From a virus (taxonomy: Duplodnaviria > Caudoviricetes), in IMG/VR virus record IMGVR_UViG_3300006133_000004, positions 1-64,000 of that record: a stretch of 64,000 nt of DNA; one strand, 5' to 3'. Position 1 is the first letter of the stretch. Each line of letters begins with the position of its first letter. The translations under genes were made by a program, and so were the position numbers. Below the pieces are notes generated by a model. That model searched no databases, was not told where the DNA came from, and saw only the letters and a list, made by a program, of their open reading frames with translations. Positions 62,782 through 64,000 of the stretch are shown piece after piece.

Positions 62782-63107
62782 TGGACAAAAACCAGCTCAA
62801 AGAGTTCATGAACGCCATTGGGGCCGTCGCTGAAACCACATTGATATTTTACCGGAGCATCATTAAGGCCGGTGGAACTCAAGAAGAAGCTACGCGGCTG
62901 ACTCAGGCACTCATTGCCGCAACTATCTTTGGAGACAAGCACGGCCAAGAGAATGGGGGGGGGGTAACGAATGAATATGACCGTCGAATGGAATACCCGG
63001 CTTTGCACAGTCAAAGGCGAAACTGGATATTTTCATACCTGGGAGCACTATTCAAAACCCCTCCCGGCAAGCCCACTTATTGGCGGAGAACCTGCTGGGC
63101 TGTTTAG
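62778..63107 (+). CDS. Hypothetical protein (probably ends near 62966 if the G10 tract is G9)
   Basis: Removing one G at 62955-62964 creates TAA just before the next gene's start, removing a 137-nt overlap. Confidence 0.55.
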   Translation: MMDKNQLKEFMNAIGAVAETTLIFYRSIIKAGGTQEEATRLTQALIAATIFGDKHGQENGGGVTNEYDRRMEYPALHSQRRNWIFSYLGALFKTPPGKPTYWRRTCWAV

Positions 63108-63273
63108 CCAGATCTTCGGCATCGTAGAGTTCAAAGATGGTGTCCGGCGAGTAGATCCGACGACCATTATATTCTGCCCGGCCGGATATTGTGTGCAAGT
63201 TGATTACAACAAACTGGCAACAGCAATCCATGAGGCCGGTTATAGAAAGGAGAAAACACATGATCCTGATTGA
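62971..63273 (+). CDS. Hypothetical protein
   Basis: RLCTVKGETGYFHTWE...GIVEFKDG pattern. Confidence 0.65.
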   Translation: MNMTVEWNTRLCTVKGETGYFHTWEHYSKPLPASPLIGGEPAGLFSQIFGIVEFKDGVRRVDPTTIIFCPAGYCVQVDYNKLATAIHEAGYRKEKTHDPD

Positions 63274-64000
63274 GAAAACCCAAATCACGGGCCTGGAGCC
63301 CACCATCCGCGGAATGCGGAACCCGATGAACTCCTGGGCTAAGTCAGATAGTATCTTTGCGGAAATTGGCCGCGATGATACCCATGATCTCGTTGGGAAT
63401 TTTGTCGGCATGGGGCCGTTGGACAAAAGCGATGTAGACATCGGCCCCAATGACCTCGACCTGATGCTGCGGCTGGCCAGGGTCGGCTCGGTGGACGGCA
63501 AGTTCCGCCGGATGATCGCAGTGTACGTCGACATCACCGCCCCGCTCTACTGGTGGAAGGAGTTCGACACCTATAAGGTGGGTACGGTCGCCAACTCCTG
63601 CTCCACCATGCACAAGATTCATGCCAAAGAGTTTACGCTGGACGATTTTAGTCATGAGCATCTGCGTGGCGAGGGAATTGTCCCGGATCACGATTATCAG
63701 AACGGCCATGATATCCTGTGTCTCACAATCGACTGCCTCAATTACTGGCGAGAGCAGTATCTTGAGCTCTCAAAAATTGATGATACAGTTTGGAAGGCCG
63801 CTCCGAAGTCCAAGGGCTTAACTGATGAATCACTTGCCACTGCTAAGAAAGAATGCTGGTGGCAGATGATTCAGCTTCTCCCCTCCAGTTACAATCAGAG
63901 GCGGACGGTCATGCTGAACTACGAGGTCCTGTCCAACATCTACCAGCACCGGCGGAACCACAAGCTGAACGAGTGGCGGGAGCTCTGCAAGTGGATTGAG
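63260..64000 (+). CDS. ThyX-like (thymidylate synthase complementing) protein, 3' end outside window
   Basis: AAAGGAG RBS; open to the window end; IRGMRNPMNSW, APLYWWKEFDTYK, QLLPSSYNQ...RRNHKL.EWR. Confidence 0.65.
   Translation, partial: MILIEKTQITGLEPTIRGMRNPMNSWAKSDSIFAEIGRDDTHDLVGNFVGMGPLDKSDVDIGPNDLDLMLRLARVGSVDGKFRRMIAVYVDITAPLYWWKEFDTYKVGTVANSCSTMHKIHAKEFTLDDFSHEHLRGEGIVPDHDYQNGHDILCLTIDCLNYWREQYLELSKIDDTVWKAAPKSKGLTDESLATAKKECWWQMIQLLPSSYNQRRTVMLNYEVLSNIYQHRRNHKLNEWRELCKWIE

Noticed and set aside
1-64000. Second DGR variable repeat, CRISPR array or rRNA
   Set aside because: No other ORF end resembles the TR translation, and no regularly spaced repeat-spacer array or rRNA was seen by eye. 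A computational scan could still find weak remote VRs.

Overview
The whole window is phage DNA. It is about 64 kb of a temperate, long-tailed (siphovirus-like) phage, probably of a gut Firmicutes/Clostridia host (inferred from Shine-Dalgarno and sigma-A signals and BppU/XkdX-like genes). It holds no host, capsid or terminase genes. Layout: (1) 1-21.8 kb tail and lysis module: 5'-truncated giant tape measure, Dit, tail endopeptidase-like protein, fibres and holin-like genes. Inside it is a diversity-generating retroelement (DGR): an Ig-repeat target gene with VR 18291-18434, TR 18614-18757 (16 of 17 differences at TR adenines), and an RT with QMDN in place of YxDD and no avd. (2) 21.8-25 kb: candidate attP, a 183-bp element bounded by 25-bp perfect inverted repeats, and a tyrosine integrase. 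(3) 24.6-37 kb: a chain of small single-gene or ORF-less units, most headed by one rigidly spaced motif, CGC(A/C/T)-N7-CA-N7-TTAYG (24 copies found by eye). (4) 37-53 kb: membrane-anchored paralogues, a fused helicase-primase-exonuclease-PolB replicase, SSB, methyltransferase genes, a helicase and a DNA ligase. (5) 53-64 kb accessory genes: ADP-ribosylglycohydrolase, a large tRNA-shaped RNA and a ThyX-like gene. Best leads: the phage-specific motif/cassette system with its small structured RNAs, three tRNA-mimic RNAs, and the non-canonical DGR RT. Protein family names come from motif recognition and memory, not from database searches.
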